From a virus, in IMG/VR virus record IMGVR_UViG_3300045988_060114: a stretch of 64,000 bases of DNA, one strand, 5' to 3'. The notes beneath the pieces are model-generated. The model was not told where the DNA came from. It saw only the letters and a list, made by a program, of their open reading frames with translations, and searched no databases. Position 1 is the stretch's first letter. Every line of letters begins with the position of its first letter. A program made the position numbers and the translations under genes. Shown piece by piece: positions 1-8,794 of the stretch.

Positions 1-214
1 ATCTATGTTATAGATGTCTATTGATATTACTTTGTTCATTGCTTATCCTCCTTTTCTGTTTCTTTCTATATGCTTTAGTTGTGCAATACTTATATTGCCA
101 TATCGTTTATACATACCTTTGAGATATGCAATATAGGCAGCTAATGTTATTTTATCAGCATCCATATTCTCTTCTTTTTACCTCTCCCTGCTGTCAAGGA
201 GAGGGTGATTGGTA

Positions 215-430
215 CTAAAGCTCATCAAACTCTTTCTGCCACTTCTTCTTAGTTTCTAAAAGAAGTTTCTTGAATTTAGCTTTGAACTCTTCATCACACT
301 CTGATAATTCCCAAATACTGTCCGCAAGTTTGCTACGGTGTGATTTTGAAGACATATTTAATAGTTCATCTATTTTAGGAAGCAAACCCTTTGCTAAGAA
401 GTTTGCTCTTTCTAATTTATCTATATTCAT
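215..430 (-). CDS. hypothetical small protein
   Basis: ATG-initiated 71 aa ORF on the same strand as the surrounding early genes. Charged and helical, with no recognisable motif. Confidence 0.45.
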   Translation of the reverse strand: MNIDKLERANFLAKGLLPKIDELLNMSSKSHRSKLADSIWELSECDEEFKAKFKKLLLETKKKWQKEFDEL

Positions 431-582
431 ATTACTATTTTTTATATCCTTTGCAAGATGGTTAAATGAGAAGCAAGCGATGATAAAATAAAGTGCTTAA
501 TTTTAAAAATATCATTTTGTTTGCTTGCTTCTCGAAAATTATTGTTATCTTTGTACCGCTTAATTTTAAAAATATAAACGAT

Positions 583-762
583 ATGAAAAATTTTATTGAA
601 TTAAAAGACAGTGATGATAAATCTGTCTTGGTTAATGTGAATCAGATTGTAGCTATCCAGAATACAGAGGAAGGCATCATTATGCACATGGTTGGTGGAT
701 ATGATGTATTTCCTAAGTATGATAACTGGCTACAACTAAAACACATGATTGAAGAGAGTTAA
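583..762 (+). CDS. hypothetical small protein
   Basis: The first ATG of the 493..762 ORF is at 583 (the track start is GTG). It lies divergent from the 215..430 gene. Confidence 0.4.
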   Translation: MKNFIELKDSDDKSVLVNVNQIVAIQNTEEGIIMHMVGGYDVFPKYDNWLQLKHMIEES

Positions 763-980
763 TTGTAAAGGTACTCTTCCAAGACTTTATCAAGCAAATC
801 AATCCCTGCTATAGTCTTATAGTGTTGCTTGACTACCCAAATTCTATCTCTCCATTGGCGAAGAGGTGAATCGTAAACCCATTTAAATCGTGCTACGTTG
901 GTGCTTGTTAAAGAATTGCTATTATATAGTTTCTTCTTTAGCCACTTACGTAGCATCTTTTTTATTATGTTCTGTATCAT
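759..980 (-). CDS. hypothetical protein
   Basis: 73 aa ATG ORF, tightly packed with its minus-strand neighbours. Confidence 0.4.
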   Translation of the reverse strand: MIQNIIKKMLRKWLKKKLYNSNSLTSTNVARFKWVYDSPLRQWRDRIWVVKQHYKTIAGIDLLDKVLEEYLYN

Positions 981-991
981 ATAACTACTAT

Positions 992-1132
992 TTATGCCCG
1001 AAGGCGGTAAATTTTTCTGTCTTGACGAGTTATTATCTCACATTCATTTCCTATACGATTCCAATAACCGCATTGGTAACATTTTCTTCCGTAGAAAGGG
1101 CAATGGTGGTTTACTTGTGTTGCTATACTCAT
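992..1132 (-). CDS. small Cys-rich protein (CxxxxxxCxxC...C)
   Basis: An internal ATG at 1132 sits 2 nt after the stop of the upstream gene (1135). The 46 aa product has four Cys. Confidence 0.35.
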   Translation of the reverse strand: MSIATQVNHHCPFYGRKCYQCGYWNRIGNECEIITRQDRKIYRLRA

Positions 1133-1134
1133 AC

Positions 1135-1521
1135 CTACACCTCCATTTCTGAGTTCAGTCCTAGACCGAAGAGAAGGTGCTGGAGTTGATGAACCCACTT
1201 AACATCGGGCAAAGTTTCTTCTCCACAAATGAAGACAGAGAAATCTTCTTCAGCAGGATAATAGTACAAGTCAGGAAATACATCATCTTTGCTATATACA
1301 TGCCATTCAAATCCATCTTCATCCTTGTGGCATTCTGCAAACTCCCATCCGTTCTTCTCTAGGATGGCTGGTGTGAGGCCAATCGGTTCTAGGTCACTAT
1401 TCTTACAAGCAACATCAACACCATCAATCTCTACTCTTGGATAGGAAGCTCCAATCCATGTTACCTTTCTTGGTTGATTATCAACCATAAAGATGTCACC
1501 AACTAAATATTTCTGTGCCAT
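1135..1521 (-). CDS. hypothetical protein
   Basis: 128 aa ORF with an ATG start. Confidence 0.55.
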   Translation of the reverse strand: MAQKYLVGDIFMVDNQPRKVTWIGASYPRVEIDGVDVACKNSDLEPIGLTPAILEKNGWEFAECHKDEDGFEWHVYSKDDVFPDLYYYPAEEDFSVFICGEETLPDVKWVHQLQHLLFGLGLNSEMEV

Positions 1522-1526
1522 ACGCT

Positions 1527-1676
1527 TTACTTTTTAAGTTTCTTATATCTTTTATACCAATCTGGTGAGAAATAACCACATAGATATGCTGCTATAACGC
1601 CACATATTAAAAAATGAACCACCAAAAATATCCATAGAGCAAGTGCTAGGATGTCGTTTTTTACTTCGCCTGTCAT
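1527..1676 (-). CDS. small single-pass membrane protein
   Basis: 49 aa ORF below the track cutoff: MTGEVKNDILALALWIFLVVHFLICGVIAAYLCGYFSPDWYKRYKKLKK. It has a hydrophobic core and fills the gap between two genes. Confidence 0.3.
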   Translation of the reverse strand: MTGEVKNDILALALWIFLVVHFLICGVIAAYLCGYFSPDWYKRYKKLKK

Positions 1677-1681
1677 ACGCT

Positions 1682-1882
1682 TTAATTTCTCATGATGTGA
1701 CACTTAACAACCTTGTTTGCTAGATGAGGTTGCGAATTATTGAAATTCTCTATAAACTGACGTTCCATCTGTTCAGGGAAGATGGGCTTGGTGGGCTTTG
1801 GGATGGTGATGGTAGCTTGGATTTTGCTACCATCACTCAACGTCATTAAGCATCTTCTTGATATTTCTTCTATTCCAAACAT
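1682..1882 (-). CDS. hypothetical protein
   Basis: 66 aa ATG ORF within the operon packing. Confidence 0.4.
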   Translation of the reverse strand: MFGIEEISRRCLMTLSDGSKIQATITIPKPTKPIFPEQMERQFIENFNNSQPHLANKVVKCHIMRN

Positions 1883-1894
1883 ATTGCTGTCCTC

Positions 1895-2500
1895 CTAATA
1901 TAAGCATCCGTGAAGGTACGGACGAGATTCGTTATACTGCATTTTCAACTTGATGTGCTCAACTAGGTCTATGCCTTCTATGTGGGCTAGGGCGAAGACC
2001 TGAACCAGAATATCCTGCAAGCGCAAGGTGTTCATCCATGCTGGTGAGCAGGAGAAAGGGAAGTAGGTCATGCGAGTGATGATGAGGTACATGGCATCAG
2101 GAAGGGAATAGGTTCCGTGCTCGAACTCTACCTTGTGATACTCCTCTGTCTTTTTGAGTTCAATATCATTCATCAGGCATATTATCTTCTGAGAGTTGTA
2201 GAATCCTAAAAGCGACATGATGCGGATGGCGATGTCTGCAAACTCAGATTGTACGGTTCCTTCCAAGGATTCCTCGTAGGCTTGCTCCTCAGATACTCCC
2301 AGCCACTTGTTGTAGTCTTCAATGCTTCCGTTGCGGCTGTGGCGTTGGGCTTGGATGGTCTCGCTCATTTCTGTGATGATGAGCATTAACTCTTGGTTGA
2401 TGTCCAAATCAGGCTTTAACAAGCCTTTGACTTTGGCATTATCGTATGCCTTGGTCATAAACTGCTTTAGCAGTTGTTGTGTTAATGGTGTTGTTTCCAT
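1895..2500 (-). CDS. MazG-like all-alpha NTP pyrophosphohydrolase (putative)
   Basis: Acidic helix motifs LMLIITEMSETIQAQ and SEFADIAIRIMSL resemble the ExxE...ExxD metal-binding helices of MazG/HisE-type enzymes. Confidence 0.45.
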   Translation of the reverse strand: METTPLTQQLLKQFMTKAYDNAKVKGLLKPDLDINQELMLIITEMSETIQAQRHSRNGSIEDYNKWLGVSEEQAYEESLEGTVQSEFADIAIRIMSLLGFYNSQKIICLMNDIELKKTEEYHKVEFEHGTYSLPDAMYLIITRMTYFPFSCSPAWMNTLRLQDILVQVFALAHIEGIDLVEHIKLKMQYNESRPYLHGCLY

Positions 2501-2513
2501 ATTGTTTTTGAAT

Positions 2514-2729
2514 TTATTGTTTTCTGATAGTGAATGCCATATCGTTGAGGGTTCTGCACCAGTTTACCTTGCCTTCTGCGCATAATTCATTGATGGCTTG
2601 ATAAGGCTGATGGCATCCTCTGTTGATAATTTCGGCTGTGAGTACGTGAGGTGGCACGATGTGTGCAGCTTCACGCTCTGCCTGAATCTCAGCGATGATG
2701 GCTAGGATTTTTTCTTTCTCTGTCTTCAT
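2514..2729 (-). CDS. hypothetical protein
   Basis: 71 aa ATG ORF. Confidence 0.4.
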   Translation of the reverse strand: MKTEKEKILAIIAEIQAEREAAHIVPPHVLTAEIINRGCHQPYQAINELCAEGKVNWCRTLNDMAFTIRKQ

Positions 2730-2976
2730 GAGGTGAAGGTAAGAATGAAACTTGGGTGACTAAAGACTGATACATAAGAATTTCCTTGTTTCCGTTTATG
2801 TCCATGCAGCACCATTTTCCATCTATCATGGTTCCGATGATAGGCTTGTCTTTGTACCACATGATAAGGGTCTTGCCTTCAAAGAGAAGGCGGTGGGCTT
2901 TGCTTACTCGCTTGCCTACCTTGATATATCCGAATATGTTCATGTTAGAAGAGGGATAACTGACCAGTCTTGTCAT
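2689..2976 (-). CDS. hypothetical protein
   Basis: 95 aa ATG ORF that overlaps both neighbouring genes. Confidence 0.3.
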   Translation of the reverse strand: MTRLVSYPSSNMNIFGYIKVGKRVSKAHRLLFEGKTLIMWYKDKPIIGTMIDGKWCCMDINGNKEILMYQSLVTQVSFLPSPHEDRERKNPSHHR

Positions 2977-3277
2977 GGTAGTGATTCCCTGAAGGGAATA
3001 TCAGTTCCTCGAACATGGCGGTCAGGCAGTTGGTTACTATTGAGTTTCCTGCCAGTGCATAGAGTTTGCTTTTGCAGATGATGAGTTGACCAGACTTCTC
3101 CTTGCTCAGGAGTTTGTCTATGTCAGCTTCGTGGACTCCCATCAGTCGGAAACAATCTCTTGGAGTGTACTTCCTGATTTGGATGGAGTATCGCTTTCCG
3201 TTGGGAGCGGTGTGAATGATTTCTTTGTTCATGATGGTTACGAATGTCATTGATGATGAATCTATTGTGGTTAGCAT
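2945..3277 (-). CDS. C5-MTase C-terminal fragment (TRD2 remnant plus motifs IX-X)
   Basis: Carries GIAPTMLTT (upstream and in frame, open from 3346), RKYTPRDCFRLMG and YALAGNSIV. Confidence 0.55.
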   Translation of the reverse strand: MLTTIDSSSMTFVTIMNKEIIHTAPNGKRYSIQIRKYTPRDCFRLMGVHEADIDKLLSKEKSGQLIICKSKLYALAGNSIVTNCLTAMFEELIFPSGNHYHDKTGQLSLF

Positions 3278-3328
3278 GGTAGGGGCGATGCCTTGATATA
3301 CTTGCTGATTATATAAGTCTAAGACTTG

Positions 3329-3336
3329 CCCCCCCC
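3329..3336 (-). repeat. G8 (C8 on plus strand) homopolymer inside the MTase locus
   Basis: Eight consecutive C at 3329-3336. The coding frame differs on the two sides, and 7 or 10 G would fuse them. Confidence 0.9.
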
Positions 3337-3664
3337 ATATCAGGTTTCACCTTCCCCGATAGAAGCAGGGATTTCATTCTCTTACCTCCTGTTATCATAT
3401 CTCCTTTACGATTAAAAATAGTGGGATGCAGTTACCTCCGTGACCCATAGCTGAATTGAGAGTAGGAGAGATTCCCTTGGTGGAATAGACTCTGGTCTGC
3501 TGCTCTATTCTGCCTTTTGTTTGGAGGTTTGCTAGCTTTATAATTTTGTCGCACATTATAATTTCTTGATGATTAAGACTCCACCCTTTGGATAATGACC
3601 AGTGTCTAGCATATTCATTACGCTGGTCATAGAAAAACTAGAGGTGACAGCAACAGAGCAGCCA

Positions 3665-4423
3665 TCAGCAGTTTTCGGTATTGAAATCTTCGGGGTAGAG
3701 TTTTTCGATTGATTCATTGATGTCTGCTTTACAGAGATACTTTTCTAGAAGTGGCTGAGACATGAAATATTCAGGAGATACATCGTCTTCCAAGACGTCC
3801 TCAACCGTAGTCTCTAACTTGATAGGCGAAGGGAAGTGATACTCAGGGTTCGGTTCGTCTTCTGTGCGTAGGATGGAAATGACAAAGATGCGCTCACGAT
3901 TTTGAGGGATTCCGTAATCTTTGGCATTCAGAACCTTGTAGAAGGAGGTGTAACCGAAGTAGTCGAGGTCTTTCAGATATTGGAAGAAGTACTTTCTCAT
4001 TGACTTTGATAGAAGACCTTTCACGTTTTCGAGCATCACATATTTAGGATGCTTGGCTTCCAACATTCTCCTTTCTTGGAAAATAAGAGAAGAACGTGTG
4101 CCGCTACCTTCCTCTGCTCCCTTGCGAAGTCCTGCGTTTGAAAAGTCTTGGCAAGGAGAAGACCAACTGATGAAATCGAAGTCGGGAACCTCATTCCAAT
4201 CAAGAAGGGCGATGTTTCCGTAGTTTGGGATTTCTCTGCCATGAAGAAGTCTATAGGCTTGGATGGCGGAAGGTTCAATCTCGGAGTAGCCCACTACCTT
4301 GAAGTCGAACTCAGGATGCTTTTCTTTGAGGTATTTGAAGGCTAGGCTCTGGCTGCCATACCCAGCGAATGCTTCAAAGACTCTGAGGGGATGCTGCTTG
4401 TTGTACTTACTAATTTGTATCAT
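3665..4423 (-). CDS. C5-MTase N-terminal catalytic fragment (motifs I-VIII)
   Basis: ATG at 4423 (the track start at 4459 is GTG). Carries FEAFAGYGSQ, SSPCQDFSNAG, ENVKGL and QNRERIFVISI. Confidence 0.7.
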   Translation of the reverse strand: MIQISKYNKQHPLRVFEAFAGYGSQSLAFKYLKEKHPEFDFKVVGYSEIEPSAIQAYRLLHGREIPNYGNIALLDWNEVPDFDFISWSSPCQDFSNAGLRKGAEEGSGTRSSLIFQERRMLEAKHPKYVMLENVKGLLSKSMRKYFFQYLKDLDYFGYTSFYKVLNAKDYGIPQNRERIFVISILRTEDEPNPEYHFPSPIKLETTVEDVLEDDVSPEYFMSQPLLEKYLCKADINESIEKLYPEDFNTENC

Positions 4424-4446
4424 TGTGGTAAACGGTTTCGTAGATG

Positions 4447-5016
4447 TTACGGATTCCACTGGATGCCCAAATGTTCCATTGTTCCGTTGTCACGATATAT
4501 CTCCAATGGGATTCTACATGAACTTTGTGGGTCGTTCTTTAGGACTTCAATCATTCCGCATATTCGCTTGCGAAGTTTATTGTCCTGTGCTTCTTCTGTA
4601 AGATTCTGCAATTCGGCTTTTGTTCTAGCGATGAGCTGACTCATTTCAGAAGGCTTTTCATTTATGGCTGCTGGCGGTGGTGTTGCTCCGATAAGTTCGT
4701 CTTCCCATCCTCGCTGGTTAAGGAAGGTTTGGAAGTTCTTTCTGTACTGCTTGTCGGGTTGGGATATTACATAGAGAGGAATATACTCTATAGCTGCCTT
4801 GCGGTCTTTCTGGCTCATAGAGTTCCACTTCTTTTCGAGTTTGGCTTTGCAGCCAACCTTCTTTTCGTAAAGGTTCCATGCTCGTTCAAAGGTATATTCG
4901 TCTTTGACTTGCTTTGGTGGAGCGGTTACCTTGTAGCCATTCTCTTCTAGAAGCTGGATGGCTTCGTTTAGTTTGGCTATGAAATCCTTTCCGTTCATGA
5001 TAATTACATCATTCAT
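4447..5016 (-). CDS. hypothetical conserved phage protein
   Basis: 189 aa ATG ORF with a W/K-rich central segment (ERAWNLYEKKVGCKAKLEKKWNSMS). Confidence 0.55.
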   Translation of the reverse strand: MNDVIIMNGKDFIAKLNEAIQLLEENGYKVTAPPKQVKDEYTFERAWNLYEKKVGCKAKLEKKWNSMSQKDRKAAIEYIPLYVISQPDKQYRKNFQTFLNQRGWEDELIGATPPPAAINEKPSEMSQLIARTKAELQNLTEEAQDNKLRKRICGMIEVLKNDPQSSCRIPLEIYRDNGTMEHLGIQWNP

Positions 5017-5432
5017 AGTTCACCATTTAAATAATTGTCGATTGCTTGGATAAATTCATCTATAGAGCGGACGATGATATACTTGCCACCATGTCGTTCT
5101 ACTTCGTATTGGAATACCTTCTGTTCGGGTTCCTGCTGTCCTTTGGGTGTCTTGTTTTCTATGCAGAGGAAACCGTACTGAGAGGTGCGCTTCAGGAGCA
5201 GCATATCAGATACTCCTGCCTTCATGCCTTCTTCTTTGAGCCATGCGGCTTGTTGAGAAGTTCGCTTGCCACCGTTAGGAACGGCAAAGAAGACACCTTC
5301 AAGGTCAGGATATACCCCACGGATATACCTGACCTCTGCGGCTTGCAAGTTGTGCTCATCATAAGATGAACGCTTGCGTATCTTCTTGCCTTCCTGCTGT
5401 AGCTTTGCCTTGATTTCAGCGTAGCTTGCCAT
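5013..5432 (-). CDS. VRR-NUC domain nuclease
   Basis: FFAVPNGGKRTSQQAAWLKEEGMKAGVSDMLLL...CIENKTPKG matches the VRR-NUC PD-(D/E)xK pattern (PNGG...G.pDl...ElK). Confidence 0.65.
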   Translation of the reverse strand: MASYAEIKAKLQQEGKKIRKRSSYDEHNLQAAEVRYIRGVYPDLEGVFFAVPNGGKRTSQQAAWLKEEGMKAGVSDMLLLKRTSQYGFLCIENKTPKGQQEPEQKVFQYEVERHGGKYIIVRSIDEFIQAIDNYLNGEL

Positions 5433-6208
5433 TACCAGTCTGTTGAGAAAAGGTCGTTGAGAGAATCTTCACCCATCAGGCGAATGGCTTCGTTGGCATG
5501 GTCAGATGATAAAAAATATATCTGTGCAGTATTAGTGCTCGTTACATATTTAACCGTATATCCCGAACCTTTCTTTACGATAACGTATTTGGATTCTGTT
5601 TCATCATCGAAATTTGGTTCCCAATCTAATTTGGAATTGATATACTTGGCAATATTCTGCAACTTGTTAAATGCAATCATGCGCTTTGCCTGAGCAATAG
5701 ATGTGCAGTTGTCGAAGTCGTTGTAATTTGAAGAAGTCATTACCCATGATGAAACCTTGTTACTTTCATCAAGGTAGTACGCATCCTTGTTATAGAACAA
5801 ATCCTTGCAAATATCATCATAAGTGATAGGCTTGCCTTCCTTATCATCAGGAGTCTTCTTCTCTTCTCCTTCAATCTTCTTGCGAATCATCGGCTTGCCA
5901 TCCTCGCTGATGAAGACTTGAAGGTTGTCTGGAATAGGAAGTTCTACGGCAGTACCATCCGTCGGGATAGTGCATTTGGTGAGACTCGCCTTTCCGTTAT
6001 TGATGTTGGTAACGTCCTGATTACTGATGCCTTCTGCATGAATATCAGGAGTCTCTTCCTCGGCATTCTCTGCCATCTTCTTGGCAATCATATCTACTCC
6101 TTTGCCAAGGAGTGCTCCGAAAAGCATTGATGCAAACTCTGGTAACTCTGGGTTGTTGTTGCGCTGACGGTTACGTCTGTTGTTGCGCTTGTCGTTTCTA
6201 CGTGTCAT
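5432..6208 (-). CDS. hypothetical protein with basic N-terminus
   Basis: The ATG at 6208 follows the stop of the upstream gene (6210). N-terminus is RRNDKRNNRRNRQRNN. Confidence 0.5.
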   Translation of the reverse strand: MTRRNDKRNNRRNRQRNNNPELPEFASMLFGALLGKGVDMIAKKMAENAEEETPDIHAEGISNQDVTNINNGKASLTKCTIPTDGTAVELPIPDNLQVFISEDGKPMIRKKIEGEEKKTPDDKEGKPITYDDICKDLFYNKDAYYLDESNKVSSWVMTSSNYNDFDNCTSIAQAKRMIAFNKLQNIAKYINSKLDWEPNFDDETESKYVIVKKGSGYTVKYVTSTNTAQIYFLSSDHANEAIRLMGEDSLNDLFSTDW

Positions 6209-6209
6209 A

Positions 6210-6647
6210 CTAACTATAATTTTGTAAAATGTTATTAAACTCGTCTTCTGTAATACCATTAGCCATGAGAATGGTTAGGATGGTATCAAGACATCTACTA
6301 TATACTTCATTGAAGGCTGGCTCATCCATCTTGGCGAAGGAGATAGACTTGGCTCTTTCTAGGAACTTCTGTCCGTTGAGGTCGTAGAGCGGTTCGCTGA
6401 ATCCTGATGTTATCAGAAGCTGCTCACGGAATGTGTCTATTGAGCGGAGATTGATGCGCTGCTGCTCTGTGAGACTATCCCATGCTGCTCTGATAAGGGC
6501 GAAGAACTTACGATGGAACTTTACGTTGCGTGGTCGGACGATATTCGCCTTGACGATGGAACCAACCTTTATCTTTTTCATTTCCTCGTAATCATCATCC
6601 GTGTATGGGCGAAGACCAGTGGAGGTTCTTACTAGATGGATTTCCAT
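6210..6647 (-). CDS. DUF1367-like phage protein
   Basis: The RPRNVKFHRKFFALIRAAWD segment resembles the DUF1367 family as I recall it. Confidence 0.4.
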   Translation of the reverse strand: MEIHLVRTSTGLRPYTDDDYEEMKKIKVGSIVKANIVRPRNVKFHRKFFALIRAAWDSLTEQQRINLRSIDTFREQLLITSGFSEPLYDLNGQKFLERAKSISFAKMDEPAFNEVYSRCLDTILTILMANGITEDEFNNILQNYS

Positions 6648-6664
6648 ACCTTATATATTAATGT

Positions 6665-7144
6665 TTAGAATGGGAGACCACTTTTCTGCTGACCACCTGC
6701 ATATTGAGCATTTTGCTGAATAGGTTGACCGCTTGCATTAACCTGAGGAGGAAAAGTCTGCATCTGCTGCTGAATAGGTGCTGGCTGCGGTGGATAGTTG
6801 GCTGCTTGCTGCTGAGGAACCTGACCTATTTGGCTCTGCATCATCTGACCCTGCTGCTGGGCATTTGGTCGCTCCACCTTCCAGCAGTCCAACTGGTTGA
6901 ACCAACGTCCGTCTCTAGACTGATGTGCCTTCAATCCGATGTTTGCGGTGATGATTTCACCAATCTGAATGCCGAACTGCTGAATCTTGTCAGAACCGTA
7001 AACTTGGATAACGGCTCTTGAAGGGTACTGCTGATTCAGTTCCTCAATAACATACTCTTGGGAACTCCATTGGGTTCCGTTTTGGGAAGTTCCCATTTGA
7101 ACTTGCCCTGCTGCAATAATCTTGCCTGTAAACTTTACATTCAT
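6665..7144 (-). CDS. DUF3127 OB-fold SSB-like protein with Q/P-rich tail ending GLPF
   Basis: The N-terminal 95 aa (FTGKIIA...QEYVIEE..QYPSRAVIQVYGSDKIQQF...DGRWFNQLDCWKVE) fits the Bacteroidota DUF3127 pattern. It sits in a recombination module. Confidence 0.6.
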   Translation of the reverse strand: MNVKFTGKIIAAGQVQMGTSQNGTQWSSQEYVIEELNQQYPSRAVIQVYGSDKIQQFGIQIGEIITANIGLKAHQSRDGRWFNQLDCWKVERPNAQQQGQMMQSQIGQVPQQQAANYPPQPAPIQQQMQTFPPQVNASGQPIQQNAQYAGGQQKSGLPF

Positions 7145-7152
7145 ATTGTTAC

Positions 7153-8076
7153 TTAATTAAGTTTGATTCTTATTGACGGCTTGGAGATACTGACTTTTGT
7201 TAATTTCTCGTAAGCATTTGGATATTTCTCTTTGAAGAGTTTCATGTCGAGCGTTCTCTTAGTGGTGCTATCAACATAAGAGTAAGAACCGATATTGGTC
7301 TTGATGGATTTCTGTTTGTTGGCTTCCATCATCTTCATCATCTGCTCCTTCAAATCATCCTGCTTAATCTTTAGGGCATCCATACGAGCGGAAACTAGTC
7401 TGTACTCCTGCTCTAGTGCTGAAAACTGCTCAGGAACCTCTACCTTATATTGATAGTCGGTATCATCAGCGAGATAAGCGTTGATTAAATCGTCAATCTG
7501 GTAATCAGCTACCCTAGGTAGTGGCTGGAACTTGCTCTGTCCGTTCTTGAACCACATACAAACAATCTCCTTCACCTTCAAGTCTGGATTTTGCTCCTCG
7601 AACCATTTGGCATAGATGGAAAGTTGGAGCGATACATTGTCGTAGTGGAGGGTGGCTGTGGTCTTGTAATCTACCAGATAGATGTTTCCTTCCTTGTCGG
7701 CAAAGATTCCATCAATGGCAGAAGCGAAGTTCTCGCCATCTGTAACAAGATACTCGGATGCTACATAGTGTAAATCGTATGCGACTAACATACTATGGAA
7801 GGCAAGAAGCTCTTCCGTAGGGTTCGGGTATTGTTTGAGGTCTGCATCGAAGATGGAACAGAAGGTTTCAAACGTATTGTGGATAAGACCTCCTCGCTCT
7901 GCTGCCTTCATCAATACCGATTCAGGAATGTTCTTGTAGGTGTCGGGGAATGCTTTCTTGATGAGCGTTCCAGTTACACCTTTCAGTTCCTTCTTGCCAA
8001 TGAAGTACTGATGAGACTCCTCAATGAATGTGACCTTTGGCACATTCAGGGTTATTTTCTTTGTTTCTGCTGTCAT
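7153..8076 (-). CDS. PD-(D/E)XK (YqaJ/RecE-like) recombination exonuclease
   Basis: AIDGIFADKEGNIYLVDYKTT...QLSIY gives the D...D-x-K...QxxxY motifs. The gene is adjacent to an annealing protein. Confidence 0.6.
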   Translation of the reverse strand: MTAETKKITLNVPKVTFIEESHQYFIGKKELKGVTGTLIKKAFPDTYKNIPESVLMKAAERGGLIHNTFETFCSIFDADLKQYPNPTEELLAFHSMLVAYDLHYVASEYLVTDGENFASAIDGIFADKEGNIYLVDYKTTATLHYDNVSLQLSIYAKWFEEQNPDLKVKEIVCMWFKNGQSKFQPLPRVADYQIDDLINAYLADDTDYQYKVEVPEQFSALEQEYRLVSARMDALKIKQDDLKEQMMKMMEANKQKSIKTNIGSYSYVDSTTKRTLDMKLFKEKYPNAYEKLTKVSISKPSIRIKLN

Positions 8077-8077
8077 A

Positions 8078-8773
8078 TTATTGTAATCCTAATTCTTTCT
8101 TCTTAGCTGATACTGCTTGCATGAACTGAGGGCTGGCGGTGAGCGGCTTGTATGTCTGAACAACCCATACCAGATTATCCTTGTTGACACATCTGCTAAG
8201 GTATGCCAATCCTTCGTTCAAGTCATTGGTGTGATACTGGGGTGTTGCTGGCTGCTGGGCGGCTTGTGCTGTCTGAGCGGTTGGATGCTGAGTCTGTGTC
8301 TGCTGCTGCGCTGCTCTACTATCCTGAGCACCATACTTACTATCAATGTCTATGATGTCCTTTCCTGCCTCGAAATAAACGTCTGCTGCTACACCAAGTG
8401 CCTTCATTGCAACCGACAAGGCATCTGTGAGTGCCATCTTGTAGCATTCATCAGATACGTATGCACCCTTGCTTTCCATTGATACTTCTGACGAACCTCC
8501 TGTTCCTTGGATGGCATCTGACCATTCTCCGTTCACCTTGATAAAGAGGTCGATGTTGCAATAGGCTTTTACCTCACTTCCGAAAGTCTCTGTCCACTGC
8601 TTGGTGATTACGTACTTCCAACCGATTCCGCACACACCAAACTGCTCTGTCATAGCCTTGATGCGCCACATTGGGTTGATGTCGTGTTTTCCTCTAAGTC
8701 TTCCTGACTGAATTTGTCTGAGTGCCTGTTGAGGAACGACTTTGAGTTTGTTGTAATAATCTAAATTACCCAT
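8078..8773 (-). CDS. single-strand annealing protein (Rad52/Sak- or ERF-like, family unresolved)
   Basis: Position next to the exonuclease and SSB-like genes. Conserved-looking core GIGWKY...DALSVAMKALGVAADVY and a Q-rich C-terminus. Confidence 0.5.
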   Translation of the reverse strand: MGNLDYYNKLKVVPQQALRQIQSGRLRGKHDINPMWRIKAMTEQFGVCGIGWKYVITKQWTETFGSEVKAYCNIDLFIKVNGEWSDAIQGTGGSSEVSMESKGAYVSDECYKMALTDALSVAMKALGVAADVYFEAGKDIIDIDSKYGAQDSRAAQQQTQTQHPTAQTAQAAQQPATPQYHTNDLNEGLAYLSRCVNKDNLVWVVQTYKPLTASPQFMQAVSAKKKELGLQ

Positions 8774-8794
8774 ATCTTTTATGTATTTAAGTTG

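Larger units (their letters stand above)
2945..4459 (-). pseudogene. DNA (cytosine-5)-methyltransferase locus, reading frame broken at least 4 times in the TRD region
   Basis: Motifs I-VIII (FAGYG, SSPCQDFS, ENVKGL, QNRERIF) are in the 3665..4423 ORF. Motifs IX-X (RKYTPRDCFRLMG, GNSIV) are in 2945..3277. Both pieces are in the same frame but are separated by stops. The 3347..3664 gap still encodes TRD-like peptides in shifting frames. Confidence 0.65.

Noticed and set aside
181-204. Hairpin CCTCTCC...GGAGAGG downstream of the 215-430 gene, considered as a terminator.
   Set aside because: No U-run follows it on either strand, and its position relative to gene ends is ambiguous.
3347-3664. The ~320-390 nt gap between the two halves of the C5-methyltransferase first looked like a self-splicing (group I) intron. 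It contains several stems, for example ATGACCAG/CTGGTCAT at 3595-3630, and a possible GAGTCTA/TAGACTT pairing.
   Set aside because: Translating the gap in all three frames shows that it still encodes methyltransferase TRD-like peptides (RVYSTKGISPTLNSAMGHGG and others) in shifting frames. It is therefore broken coding sequence, not an intron.
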